Positions 1 to 9,025 are shown, counted from the first letter of the stretch. The stretch: 25,601 bases of DNA from Promethearchaeota archaeon (GCA_048938895.1 JBHLLU010000054.1:1-25601); one strand, 5' to 3'. The notes: a model not told the origin generated them from the sequence alone. A program made the numbers and translations.

Positions 1-48
1 AAAGAAGTCCCAACTCTTCGACCCAGGATCAATTCCAAGAGATATCAT
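1..48 (-). CDS. 5' end of a DUF1464-like (ASKHA/butyrate-kinase-related) protein, truncated by the window edge
   Basis: ATG at 48-46 reads MISLGIDPGSKSWDFF. The GIDPG(S/T)KS motif matches the ASKHA phosphate-1 loop. Only 16 codons are visible. Confidence 0.6.
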   Translation of the reverse strand, partial: MISLGIDPGSKSWDFF

Positions 49-183
49 TTTTACAAATTAAGTCAAAACTATAAAAATTGTAAAAATTTCTATTAATTTA
101 ATCTATATTTAAGATTTTATTATAATATAAAAACATTTCAAGAATAATTATAAAAAATTGGGTGAATAAAGATTTTTGTTAAA

Positions 184-699
184 GTGTATGTATGTAAAAT
201 ATGTGGAGAAGCTTATATCGGAGAAGAAGCACCAAGTCGTTGTCCATTTTGTGGGGCTTTTGAAAAATATTTTGTAGAATCGACAGAGTATGATGACACA
301 GGCGCATGGGATGTCGAATTAAATGAAAAAGATAAAGCAAATGTAGAAAAAGCATTAGAAGTGGAAATTTCAAATAATATCTTCTATAAATGCGCTAGCA
401 GCAAAACTCCAGAACTAGATGGTCAAAAGCTCTTTAAGATACTTGCTAAGGTCGAAGCAGAGCATGCTTCAGTCTGGAAGAAGATTTTGAAGTTAGGAAA
501 AATCGATTTTCCTAAATATGACAAATGTGCTCCTAAATTTAAGCCAAACTTGGAGGAATCCCATAGCAGGGAGGACAGAGCAATTAAGTTTTATGGACAA
601 GCGGCAGCTGAAGCAAAAAATGCACGTGTAAAAGAAATATTTCAAGCCTTTGTCGGAGTCGAGACAGATCATTTACATCTTTCCGAGCAAAGACTTTAA
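184..699 (+). CDS. Rubrerythrin-like protein (N-terminal rubredoxin knuckles plus ferritin-like diiron domain)
   Basis: CKIC...CPFC at the N-terminus; two ExxH motifs (EAEH, ETDH); GGTGA RBS-like element at 161-165. Exact start is uncertain. Confidence 0.9.
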   Translation: MYVCKICGEAYIGEEAPSRCPFCGAFEKYFVESTEYDDTGAWDVELNEKDKANVEKALEVEISNNIFYKCASSKTPELDGQKLFKILAKVEAEHASVWKKILKLGKIDFPKYDKCAPKFKPNLEESHSREDRAIKFYGQAAAEAKNARVKEIFQAFVGVETDHLHLSEQRL

Positions 700-715
700 G
701 AAGCATTAAAAAGTA

Positions 716-737
716 GTTTTTTTACATTTTTTTATTT
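716..737 (+). terminator. Oligo-T tracts after the rubrerythrin gene (archaeal-type terminator candidate)
   Basis: Two T7 runs immediately after the stop codon. Confidence 0.4.
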
Positions 738-762
738 AAAATTCACATTTTATTTTAGGAAC

Positions 763-1740
763 ATGGTTGAAACTAAAGAGGGATTTATCTTTAATATACA
801 GAGGTTTTCTACTGAAGATGGTCCAGGGATTCGAACTACTGTGTTCTTCAAGCAATGTCCATTAAAGTGTATATGGTGTCACAATCCAGAATCAATTTCA
901 AAGGATAGACAACTTGAATGGTTCAAACATAAATGTATTGGATGTAATACCTGTATTGACTCATGTAAATATAATGCACTCTCGTTTAATGATAATGGAT
1001 TAATAATTCAAAGAGATGTATGCATAGGGTGTGGTGAGTGCTCTGATGAGTGTCCTAGCACAGCTCTACATATGTGGGGTAAATATTGGAATTTGAATGA
1101 TTTGTTTCATGAGATTCAAAAAGATAAGGTTTACTACACTCAATCTGAAGGAGGAATTACTGTTTCTGGTGGTGAACCTACAATTCAATCAGATTTTATC
1201 CTAAAGTTCCTTAAAATGTGCAAAGAAAATGGTATTAACACAGCCCTGGATACGTGTGGGTATTCTTCCGAACAGATTTATAAAACAATATTACCTTATG
1301 TTGATCTTGTATTATTTGATATCAAAGAAATTGATATAGAAAAACATCAACAATACACTGGAGTACCGAATGATTTAATCTTAAGGAACGCTGTTTGGAT
1401 CGTGAATTATATAAAAAAAAATAATAAGCAGTTTTGGGTAAGAACTCCGATAATCCCTAATTATACTGCAACTGAAGAAAACATTATTGGAATTGGGGAA
1501 TTTATTGTTAATAAATTAAATAACATTCCAGAAAGATGGGATTTATTGAGTTTTAATCAGCTGTGTATTGATAAATATTCTAGATTGGATATGGATTGGA
1601 TTCTTAAGGATGAACCATTAATGACCCAAGAAGAGATAGAAAGTTTTATAAAAGTGGCTGAAGGTACAGGTGTTAAAAATGTGCACTGGTCGGGTTTAAC
1701 AAGAAGAGGAGAAAACCTTAAAAAGGAAAATCATGATTAA
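763..1740 (+). CDS. Glycyl-radical enzyme activating protein (radical SAM with ferredoxin insert)
   Basis: FNIQRFSTEDGPGIRTTVFFK, CPLKCIWCHNPE (CxxxCxxC), two CxxCxxCxxxC ferredoxin motifs, GGITVSGGEP, LDTCG. Confidence 0.93.
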   Translation: MVETKEGFIFNIQRFSTEDGPGIRTTVFFKQCPLKCIWCHNPESISKDRQLEWFKHKCIGCNTCIDSCKYNALSFNDNGLIIQRDVCIGCGECSDECPSTALHMWGKYWNLNDLFHEIQKDKVYYTQSEGGITVSGGEPTIQSDFILKFLKMCKENGINTALDTCGYSSEQIYKTILPYVDLVLFDIKEIDIEKHQQYTGVPNDLILRNAVWIVNYIKKNNKQFWVRTPIIPNYTATEENIIGIGEFIVNKLNNIPERWDLLSFNQLCIDKYSRLDMDWILKDEPLMTQEEIESFIKVAEGTGVKNVHWSGLTRRGENLKKENHD

Positions 1741-2437
1741 ATATAACGATATTGGATTGATCAAAAATCACTTATTTGAAGTATTAGTAACAACTTTCAT
1801 AACAGTTAAAGAAAAAATTATATCAAACACTGCAAGTATGGGAATAAGACTAATAGAAGATGAGATTCTTGTTATGAGTCCCTATTCTTATACTACAACC
1901 TATAAAAATTTAAAATTGAACGCATTTGCTTCAATTAATTTTGTTGATAACGTTTACTTGTATTCTTTAGCATCTTTAAAAGAACCAAATTCAGAGATCG
2001 GCTTAAAGGAATTCCCAATCGAGTACTACAGTTATTATGAAATCATCAATGAAAGAGAGAATGATAAAGTTGTGTTTCCTTACATAAAACAAGCTTGGGC
2101 AACTTCGTTTTGTGAGGTATTTGAAGAAAATATAATTACTAAACAAAATACACTAGGGGAATTAAAACTTTCTGAGTTCAAACTGAAAAAACATTTACTT
2201 ATTCAAAATAGGGAATCATTTAAACTATTTAATAGAGCAGAAAATTTAATCTTGGAGATGTTAATTTTAGCAACTCGATTAAAGGTAGCTAAAGAAAGAG
2301 ATGATCAAAAGCTTTTTAATAGAATTTTTAATAAATTGATGGATCATAAGCAAAATATCGAGAGATTTACCCAAAATGATAATGCTATTAAATCTTTAGA
2401 ATTAATTTCAAAATTTGTAGATAAATTTTTTGAATAA
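1733..2437 (+). CDS. DUF447 family protein
   Basis: EVLVTT...NTASMGI...TTTYKNL and FNRA...LEMLILATRL motifs typical of DUF447; start overlaps the upstream stop. Confidence 0.8.
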   Translation: MIKYNDIGLIKNHLFEVLVTTFITVKEKIISNTASMGIRLIEDEILVMSPYSYTTTYKNLKLNAFASINFVDNVYLYSLASLKEPNSEIGLKEFPIEYYSYYEIINERENDKVVFPYIKQAWATSFCEVFEENIITKQNTLGELKLSEFKLKKHLLIQNRESFKLFNRAENLILEMLILATRLKVAKERDDQKLFNRIFNKLMDHKQNIERFTQNDNAIKSLELISKFVDKFFE

Positions 2438-2450
2438 TTTTAATTATAGA

Positions 2451-2837
2451 TTAAATTTCTCGAATTTTCTCTATATACATCAGTGGGTATTGCATTTCTT
2501 CTATGTAATCAATTTTTGCATTTACTTCAATGTTCTCATACTTGAGAATTAACTCTGCACGTATAATTTTTCCTGTAATCTCATCATAATCAAATTCTGT
2601 GAATTTAGTACCGACTATTTTATCCCTATCTAAAATAATTCTTACAGATTTTACATAAGGCTGACATGAAATAGCAGCTTCAAATCCTCTTTCTATGGCA
2701 TCAATAATTTTTTCATTTGAGCTTATCGGTATACCAGAAAGGATGTGATAAAGAGCACCTAATTTTATACCAGTCTCAAAACAGGCACGTTCTCTCAAAC
2801 TCAAATCAGGTGAAAAATAAATTTTTTCATTAGCCAT
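2451..2837 (-). CDS. mptD: Archaeal dihydroneopterin aldolase (MptD/DUF381 family)
   Basis: RERACFETGIKLGALYH, AISCQPY and C-terminal YPLMYIE motifs. Start placed at ATG 2837 (MANEK); the ORF extends to 2846. Confidence 0.85.
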   Translation of the reverse strand: MANEKIYFSPDLSLRERACFETGIKLGALYHILSGIPISSNEKIIDAIERGFEAAISCQPYVKSVRIILDRDKIVGTKFTEFDYDEITGKIIRAELILKYENIEVNAKIDYIEEMQYPLMYIEKIREI

Positions 2838-2842
2838 TTGAA

Positions 2843-3850
2843 TCAATCAATATATTCAAATTTTGCTCCAATATTATTTGGTTTACATATATAGATATGA
2901 CCTCCCCCATTTTTTTGATTTTTTTGGACTGCTTTTAATAGATCCTCTGCCTCAGAATCTGTTTCTACAATACCAACAACACTAGGACCAAATGAAGACA
3001 TACCATATGCCTTTAAGCCGTAATCCTCAAAAAATCTTAAAAGTTTTTTTACAACCTCATCTTGTAGTTCAATTTCTATTTTCTTAAACCCAAGACTCTG
3101 TATTCTTTTTAATCCCTCACCAAAGCCCTCCAGATTATTTTTTATTAAATTTGGGATAATTTTCATTAGAATTTGATGAGAAACTTCATTTACTTCATCT
3201 CGTGGTATTGGAGCATAATCTTGAAAAACTCTAATTTCCTCATCCCCATATGCCCCCTTCTTTACATTAGGAATAACAAGAACAAATCGCCAGTTATGAG
3301 GGATTTCATGTCTTGAAATAGTTAACGCGGGATTAACAGAACCTGCTGCTGATGATGGTAAGAATGTTTCTTTTTCTTTACCTTTTCCAAATTCATGTCC
3401 TCCATCTAAAATAAACCCTCCAGTTTCATAACCTCTCCAACCTATTCCTGATGTACCACCCCTTTCTACTAGATGTGTTAATTGTTCAGTAGTCAGTTTA
3501 AAGTTCTTTAATTTGACAATAGCATTAGCAATCGCTAGTGAAAGTTGAGTCTTAGATCCTAATCCAACATGGGAAGGAAAATATCTTTTAAGTTTAAAAT
3601 GAAAATTTTTATTACTGATATTAAATGTTTTAAATACTTTTGATGCGATTTCATTAATTACTTCTATTGATTCACGATAATATTTATGGGCTTCAATTTT
3701 AAATTCTTTGGCACTATTTGAAGCTTCAAAAACTACATTAGGACGGTCTAACATAAGACCAATTCCCCCATCGACTCTTCCAGTGTACCCATTCTCATCT
3801 ATTAATGAAAGATGGATCCTACAAGGAGTCGTAATTCTTAAAGAGGTCAT
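2843..3850 (-). CDS. mptG: Beta-ribofuranosylaminobenzene 5'-phosphate (RFAP) synthase, GHMP superfamily
   Basis: TPCRIHLSLID, GRVDGGIG, HVGLGSKTQ, RGGTSGIG, GGFILDGGH, FLPSS, GMSSFGP. Probable start ATG 3850 (MTSLRI). Confidence 0.9.
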   Translation of the reverse strand: MTSLRITTPCRIHLSLIDENGYTGRVDGGIGLMLDRPNVVFEASNSAKEFKIEAHKYYRESIEVINEIASKVFKTFNISNKNFHFKLKRYFPSHVGLGSKTQLSLAIANAIVKLKNFKLTTEQLTHLVERGGTSGIGWRGYETGGFILDGGHEFGKGKEKETFLPSSAAGSVNPALTISRHEIPHNWRFVLVIPNVKKGAYGDEEIRVFQDYAPIPRDEVNEVSHQILMKIIPNLIKNNLEGFGEGLKRIQSLGFKKIEIELQDEVVKKLLRFFEDYGLKAYGMSSFGPSVVGIVETDSEAEDLLKAVQKNQKNGGGHIYICKPNNIGAKFEYID

Positions 3851-3962
3851 TGTACTTTTATGAATAAAAATATTCAACTATAAATTAGAATTTTCAAAAT
3901 AATTTAAATATATTATATACTTTAATTCTTAGATTTTAATGATTTAGAAAGATTTGAGCAAT

Positions 3963-5381
3963 ATGAGCGATCTTGAAGGTTTAACGAGAAATCTAATGAA
4001 AAAAGGGTATTCAGAAAAGAAGATTCTTACAAGAATTGTCCAAGAATATCAAGATTTCAAAAATATAGATAAAAAATCGGCATTGAATTACGCTAGAGCA
4101 ATTTTAGAAGAATGTCAGAAAAGTGACCTTAATCGAGTATCTAATCCCTTTATTAAAAATCTTTTGACTATAAATAGAGCAGATGTTTCGATTGGTAAAC
4201 AAGGAGTAGGATGTAGGGGATCTGGAGATTTTTTTGTTCATAAATTAATTGCAGAATTGTCAGAAACAGAGAAAAGAGCATATTTATCGCCAAGTTCCTT
4301 AGATGATGCTGGTGCTGTGAAAATAAGTGATATTGAAGGTTTTAAAGCTGAAGATGGATTAATTATTGTATCAAAAATGGAAGGTATTCATAGTCGCCTA
4401 AGTGACTTTCCCTTCTTGTGTGGTTTTCACGTAAGTTCATGAAATACGTTTGCATGAAGCGTATCGAGAGCCGCACTACGAGATCTCTATGTAAAAGGAG
4501 CAAAACCCATTTCAATAATGATTGATACCCATCTAGGAGATGATGCAGATGTTGGTAAACTATTTGATTTTATGGCAGGAGTCTCAGCAATTTCAGAATT
4601 AGCAAAAGTACCAATTACTGCTGGTTCAACTCTGCGTATAGGGGGTGATATGGTTATAGGAAACAGATTGGTTGGAGGGATTAGTGCTATTGGAATCTGC
4701 GATCGAGTTCTAGCTCGGAGGAACATTAAAGTGGGGGATAAAATATTAATGACAGAGGGCGCAGGAGGAGGAACAATTACAACAACAGCAATCTATTCTG
4801 GAAATCATCATGTTGTAAATGAAACTGTAAATATCAAATTTCTTGAAGCTTGTGAAAAAATTTTAAGCTCAGATTATATTGACAAGATACATGCTATGTG
4901 TGATGTAACTAATGGTGGTTTAAGAGGGGATTTATATGAAATTAATTATGAAGCGAATTGTGGAGTTCAAATTTATGAGCAAAAAGTTAGGAGTTTAGTT
5001 AACCCTAAAGTTCTTAAAATGCTTAACCAGGTAAATGTTGATTATTTAGGGGTTTCATTAGATGCATTACTCATTTATTGTTCAGATGATATTGCTGCTA
5101 GGATTATTGCTGATTTAAATGAAATAAGTATTAAATGTACTGAAATTGGACTGGTTGATGGTTCAAATCAAGTGAAGATGATATATAGTGAAGGAGAGCA
5201 TGAAACAATTTTACCTCGATTTAGAGAATCTGCCTATACTAAAATCAAACAAGAAGTTGGGGAGGATGAACCCAAATCAAGGGAAGAATTAGAGCATAGA
5301 GTAGAAGAGGCAGCATCACAAGCCTTGAAAAAACGCAGAGAAATAATTGATTTTATAATAAAACAATCATCAAGCGTCTAG
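3963..5381 (+). CDS. PurM/AIR-synthase-related protein, intron-containing: join(3963..4434,4465..5381), 462 aa
   Basis: ORFs 3954..4442 and 4518..5381 are in the same frame, and the gap between them encodes the missing family-like segment RAALRDLYVKGAKPISI. Removing 4435-4464 gives GIHSRLSDFPFLCGFHVTRAALRDLYVKGAKP. Other motifs: GVGCRGSGDF, DDAG, GSTLRIGGDMVIG, DVTNGG. Confidence 0.9.
4435..4464 (+). other. 30-nt archaeal-type (BHB) intron in a protein-coding gene
   Basis: Exon-exon stem 4418-4428 with 4466-4476 (11 bp including G-U); central helix ACGU 4429-4432 with GCGU 4459-4462; 3-nt bulges AAG 4433-4435 and AUC 4463-4465; intron hairpin UUCAUG-AAA-[UACG]-UUU-G-CAUGAA. Contains two in-frame TGA codons. 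Confidence 0.88.
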
Positions 5382-6197
5382 ATTTAAAACCTCGTTCATG
5401 GAGCCTGATCGAAAACCTTCAAGATCAATAGTTATATATGTAAATCCTAATGATTTAAGTTTTTCAGAAATAATTTTAAAATTCTCTTTGGATTGCACTT
5501 TAGGGAAGTCAGATGGCAAGATTTCGATACGTGCTAAATTATTTTCATGTATCCTAACTCGGAGTTGTTTTAGATTAAAAGTATTTCTAATGAACTTTTC
5601 TGCCTTCTTTATCATAATTAATTTATTTTCATTTATAACCTGACCATAGGGAATTCTAGAAGAGAAACAAGCCATAGACGGTTTAGATTGGACTTCCAGA
5701 TCGTAATATTTGGAAATCTCTCTTATTTCTTGTTTATTAATATTATAATCTATATAGGGTGTACAAATTTTAAGTTCAGTTAATGCTTTCATACCAGGTC
5801 TATAATCGGAAAGATCATCTACATTTGAACCATCTAAAATCATATCAAAATTATTAGAGTTTTTGATTTCAATTAATTCATTATACAAACCAGTCTTACA
5901 AATATAGCATCTATTTAATGGATTACAACTAAATTCTTTATCATCTAATGGATTTCTTTCAATAACTAAATGTGGTATGTTATACTTTACAGCAAACTGC
6001 TTAGTTTCTTCAATCTCTTCATCAGGATAGAGAATTGATTTTTCTGTTATTAACAAAGTTTCTTTAGCATATTTATGTGAAAGAAAGGCTAAAAGAGAGC
6101 TATCTACTCCACCTGAAAAAGCAACTAATACCTTTTTTCCTTTTAAAATTGAAATAATATTGTTTAATTTCTTTTCTAAAGTATCTGATAATTCCAT
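5370..6197 (-). CDS. larE: ATP-dependent sacrificial sulfur transferase, LarE family (PP-loop)
   Basis: AFSGGVDS PP-loop, RCYICK, DGSNVDDLSDYRPG, ACFSSRIPYG, LRVRIH, GFRSGSMN. Confidence 0.9.
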   Translation of the reverse strand: MELSDTLEKKLNNIISILKGKKVLVAFSGGVDSSLLAFLSHKYAKETLLITEKSILYPDEEIEETKQFAVKYNIPHLVIERNPLDDKEFSCNPLNRCYICKTGLYNELIEIKNSNNFDMILDGSNVDDLSDYRPGMKALTELKICTPYIDYNINKQEIREISKYYDLEVQSKPSMACFSSRIPYGQVINENKLIMIKKAEKFIRNTFNLKQLRVRIHENNLARIEILPSDFPKVQSKENFKIISEKLKSLGFTYITIDLEGFRSGSMNEVLNLDA

Positions 6198-6290
6198 AGT
6201 TAATTTATGAATTCTTTAACCTAGGAATATCACATTATAAAATAAAAATTACGATTATAAAGTAAAGACTTAAGAAAAGAATATTAAAGA

Positions 6291-7094
6291 TTACCACTTG
6301 AAGTTGGGATTGAAGAAGAGTAATGAGTTAAGCTTCTGTAGTGTAATGAATACGATGATATAATACCACCCAAGTGCACTAAACAGCATCACCCATTCAA
6401 GAAACTGCCTTGTGAAAGGTTCTGGGCAAAAAACGAAGAGGATACTTGCAGTTGAGGGACCTAACATCATAAAATATCCAATTGCTTTAGGAAATAATCT
6501 TTTTTTCAGAACTATCGCTAATCCTGTGAAAAAAGCCCCAAATGCAAAGCCTCCAAATGCTAGTGTAGAAAAATAGTAGTGGGCATCCATAGGGGAACGA
6601 TCCAAGCTAAAAATTCCCACAAAAAACATACCAAACACTCCCACAAAAAGAAATGTAACTCCCATATATCCAAATACCCTTCTGAATTTATTAATGTAAT
6701 ATGTGCGCTTAGAGTTATCTAAATTCTCACTCATATTTGAGCTATACAACCGACTTAAATTTAGTATTAGAGGAATAATGAAGATTGCTGATAGTGTACA
6801 TGTCACATCTAAAATGAAAGGTGCGGGAGTATATTTTAAGGATCCTAAATCACTGATATAATTTAACCATAAACTATATGGAAGATTACCATGAAAAATG
6901 GCCACAAGTAGCCCGGTGATTATTCCTGGTAAAAACGTAGCTAAGCTTATATAAATTGAAATTTTCACAATCTTGGGTTCAGTAATCTTATCATAGAATT
7001 TTCTGCTCTTTTGCCTAACTTTTATGAATTTGGGGGTTACAAAATTAATATAAAAATTGTTAAATCGCTGTAAATATGATTCTTTTTCGCTCAT
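6291..7094 (-). CDS. DUF998-like multi-pass membrane protein
   Basis: YSLWLNYISDLGS, GIFSLD...HYYF and EW motifs; about 6 hydrophobic segments. Confidence 0.7.
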   Translation of the reverse strand: MSEKESYLQRFNNFYINFVTPKFIKVRQKSRKFYDKITEPKIVKISIYISLATFLPGIITGLLVAIFHGNLPYSLWLNYISDLGSLKYTPAPFILDVTCTLSAIFIIPLILNLSRLYSSNMSENLDNSKRTYYINKFRRVFGYMGVTFLFVGVFGMFFVGIFSLDRSPMDAHYYFSTLAFGGFAFGAFFTGLAIVLKKRLFPKAIGYFMMLGPSTASILFVFCPEPFTRQFLEWVMLFSALGWYYIIVFITLQKLNSLLFFNPNFKW

Positions 7095-7262
7095 TTTATT
7101 CGTCTATTGTGATTTTACTAAGATTCCATTAATAATAAATTTTTACCAACTGGTATAATCATTTAAAATATTCTTATCCCAATTATCTTACTTAACTTAT
7201 ATATTAAGATAATATATTTCTTTTGATCTCAAAAATTAGGGGGCATTCTAATTCGATCGATC

Positions 7263-7310
7263 CAAAGATTTATATACTATGCGTGATATAGTATTCATAA
7301 AATACTATAT
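7263..7310 (+). promoter_or_regulatory. BRE/TATA promoter overlapped by inverted repeats (candidate PadR operator)
   Basis: CAAAGA followed by TTTATATA (7269-7276); ATACTAT-N7-ATAGTAT (7274-7294); perfect 10-bp inverted repeat ATATAGTATT-N5-AATACTATAT (7286-7310). Confidence 0.55.
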
Positions 7311-7335
7311 TATAAAAAATAAAAAATTAAAATCA

Positions 7336-7911
7336 ATGGAGTTGATAAAGATTATTAAACGCGTAAAGGAGTTAGATTCAAAGGCTCTCATTGCTTCAGA
7401 GGAATTTAGAAATTATGTAGAAAAACAAGAAACTGAGATTAATAGGGGAATTAGCTCTCTTTGTATACTTTCCATTGTTAGTGAAGCTGAAAACAAGCAG
7501 GACGCCGAAAAAAAAGAATTACATGGTTACAATATTCTAAAACAACTAGAAGAAAAAACAAGAAGAATGCTGGTGATCGAAGAAGGAACGCTTTATCCCA
7601 TATTAAGGAAATTAGAAGGTGATGGTATTATTGAGTCTATAAGAGAAGAAACTGGCAGAAAGAGAAAATATTACTATATGACAGAGTACGGTAAAAATGT
7701 TTTCAATCATCTTGCAGGATTTTATTCTAAACTTACTGAAGCAATTGCACCATTGTTCGATGTAGAAGTGGATTTAAAACAAGATCGATACTTATTTTGC
7801 CCTATGTGCGCAAATAAAATCGATCTCTCCAATTTAGATTTAAGATTTTGTACTATTTGTGGCTATAATATAGAAAAAGAATTAATAGAAAGAGGTTTGC
7901 GAAATGAGTAA
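7336..7911 (+). CDS. PadR-family transcriptional regulator with C-terminal zinc ribbon
   Basis: HGYNILKQL, EGTLYPILRKLE, RKRKYYYMTEYG; C-terminal CPMC...CTICG. Probable start ATG 7336. Confidence 0.9.
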   Translation: MELIKIIKRVKELDSKALIASEEFRNYVEKQETEINRGISSLCILSIVSEAENKQDAEKKELHGYNILKQLEEKTRRMLVIEEGTLYPILRKLEGDGIIESIREETGRKRKYYYMTEYGKNVFNHLAGFYSKLTEAIAPLFDVEVDLKQDRYLFCPMCANKIDLSNLDLRFCTICGYNIEKELIERGLRNE

Positions 7912-8953
7912 TACAGAAATGGATAATTTAGTTAAAGAATATTTACGTAATGTAAAAGCAAAATTACCTGATTGGTTAAAAGATAAAAAAGAACATAAGG
8001 ATATTTTATCTGAACTTGAAGAACATATCTGGAATAAAGCTGAAGAATTATCAGAGACAGGAAACCCAACATTAAGTTCAATTAAATCAGCAATAGAACG
8101 TATGGGTACACCAGAAAGCATTGCAAGAGAATATAAACGACGTGGTACACCAAAATTTTATATAACTGAAGAGATGTGGCCCCTTTATAAAAAAGTATTG
8201 TTTATCGTGTTTATGGTGATTATAGTTATCAATATAATTATTCCTATTGTGAACGTCTTCTTTGATAATATAAGTGGAAAACAAATTTTTGAAGATGTCG
8301 CTACAGGAATACAAATGGGTCTTCTCGGGAGTTTTGTGGTAATCACTGTTATTTTTGTAGTGTTATCGATGCAAGGTTATTTCCCTGAAGATTTTAAATC
8401 CAAGAAGGATTTGAAAGACGAAGAAAAGCAGATCGAACTTGCAAGGGAACGCGGATTAGCGTTTAAAACCAAAGATGGTAAACCATTGAAACCATTTATT
8501 AAACCTGTAGGAGAGATAATAGGGGGAATAATTGTAATAGCAATTGGTTTATTCTTATTAATTCAACCCATCCCTGGTTTGAATAATTTGATAGATCCAG
8601 AATTTCTATTACTCGTGAGATTTGGCAGTTTATTTATCATAGCTGAGGGTGTTTTTGATATGACACGTGGATTGATTGGAAATAGACAAGTTAACACTCA
8701 TCAAATAATTCATGTTATAACGATCATTGTTAAATTAAGCTCAATATCCATTGCTATTCTCATGATGATGCGTCCTGAAATATTTCCAATAATCGTTGTT
8801 GAAGAGCCTTCCGCTACTTTTATAAATATTGGGATTGCACCAGAATTCTATGGTCTTTTTAGAGGATTAGCTGTTTTAATAATGATTGGAATAGCTTTAG
8901 GAACAATAGAAAATTTCTATAATATCTATAAGCTCCAGAAATATAAAATATAG
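7904..8953 (+). CDS. HAAS-domain membrane protein (PadR partner)
   Basis: YLRNVKAKL...ILSELEEHI...AIERMGTPESIAREY is the HAAS signature, followed by about 6 TM helices; translationally coupled to PadR. Confidence 0.8.
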   Translation: MSNTEMDNLVKEYLRNVKAKLPDWLKDKKEHKDILSELEEHIWNKAEELSETGNPTLSSIKSAIERMGTPESIAREYKRRGTPKFYITEEMWPLYKKVLFIVFMVIIVINIIIPIVNVFFDNISGKQIFEDVATGIQMGLLGSFVVITVIFVVLSMQGYFPEDFKSKKDLKDEEKQIELARERGLAFKTKDGKPLKPFIKPVGEIIGGIIVIAIGLFLLIQPIPGLNNLIDPEFLLLVRFGSLFIIAEGVFDMTRGLIGNRQVNTHQIIHVITIIVKLSSISIAILMMMRPEIFPIIVVEEPSATFINIGIAPEFYGLFRGLAVLIMIGIALGTIENFYNIYKLQKYKI

Positions 8954-8963
8954 GTTAAATTAC

Positions 8964-9010
8964 TTTTTTTTTTCTTTTTTATTTAACGCCACACAAAAAT
9001 CAAAAAAAAA
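8964..9010. terminator. Bidirectional oligo-T terminator region between convergent genes
   Basis: T9 and T7 runs on + after the stop at 8953; A-runs (T-runs on -) at about 8995-9010 downstream of the CocE stop. Confidence 0.45.
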
Positions 9011-9025
9011 TTAATGAATTTTTGC

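Noticed and set aside
4440-4457. Selenocysteine or stop-codon readthrough of the two in-frame TGA codons
   Set aside because: It would need two recoding events and add 10 residues inside a conserved motif. TGA serves as a normal stop in other genes here, and the insert in the SCP2 gene uses TAA.
4431-4459. GTAAGT...AG resembling a spliceosomal intron at the start of the insert
   Set aside because: Removing GT..AG (29 nt) shifts the frame, and there is no branch point or pyrimidine tract. The BHB register (30 nt) restores the frame. The match is probably coincidental.
4430-4463. CGTA direct repeat flanking the insert, read as a transposon footprint or pseudogene
   Set aside because: The repeat is explained by the near-self-complementary BHB helix (ACGU/GCGU). 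Both gene halves are otherwise intact, and a footprint would not explain the 11-bp exon-exon stem.
7480-7520. Possible stop-free intron in the long PadR loop SEAENKQDAEKKE
   Set aside because: No BHB-compatible pairing was found by inspection, so it is likely an ordinary variable loop.
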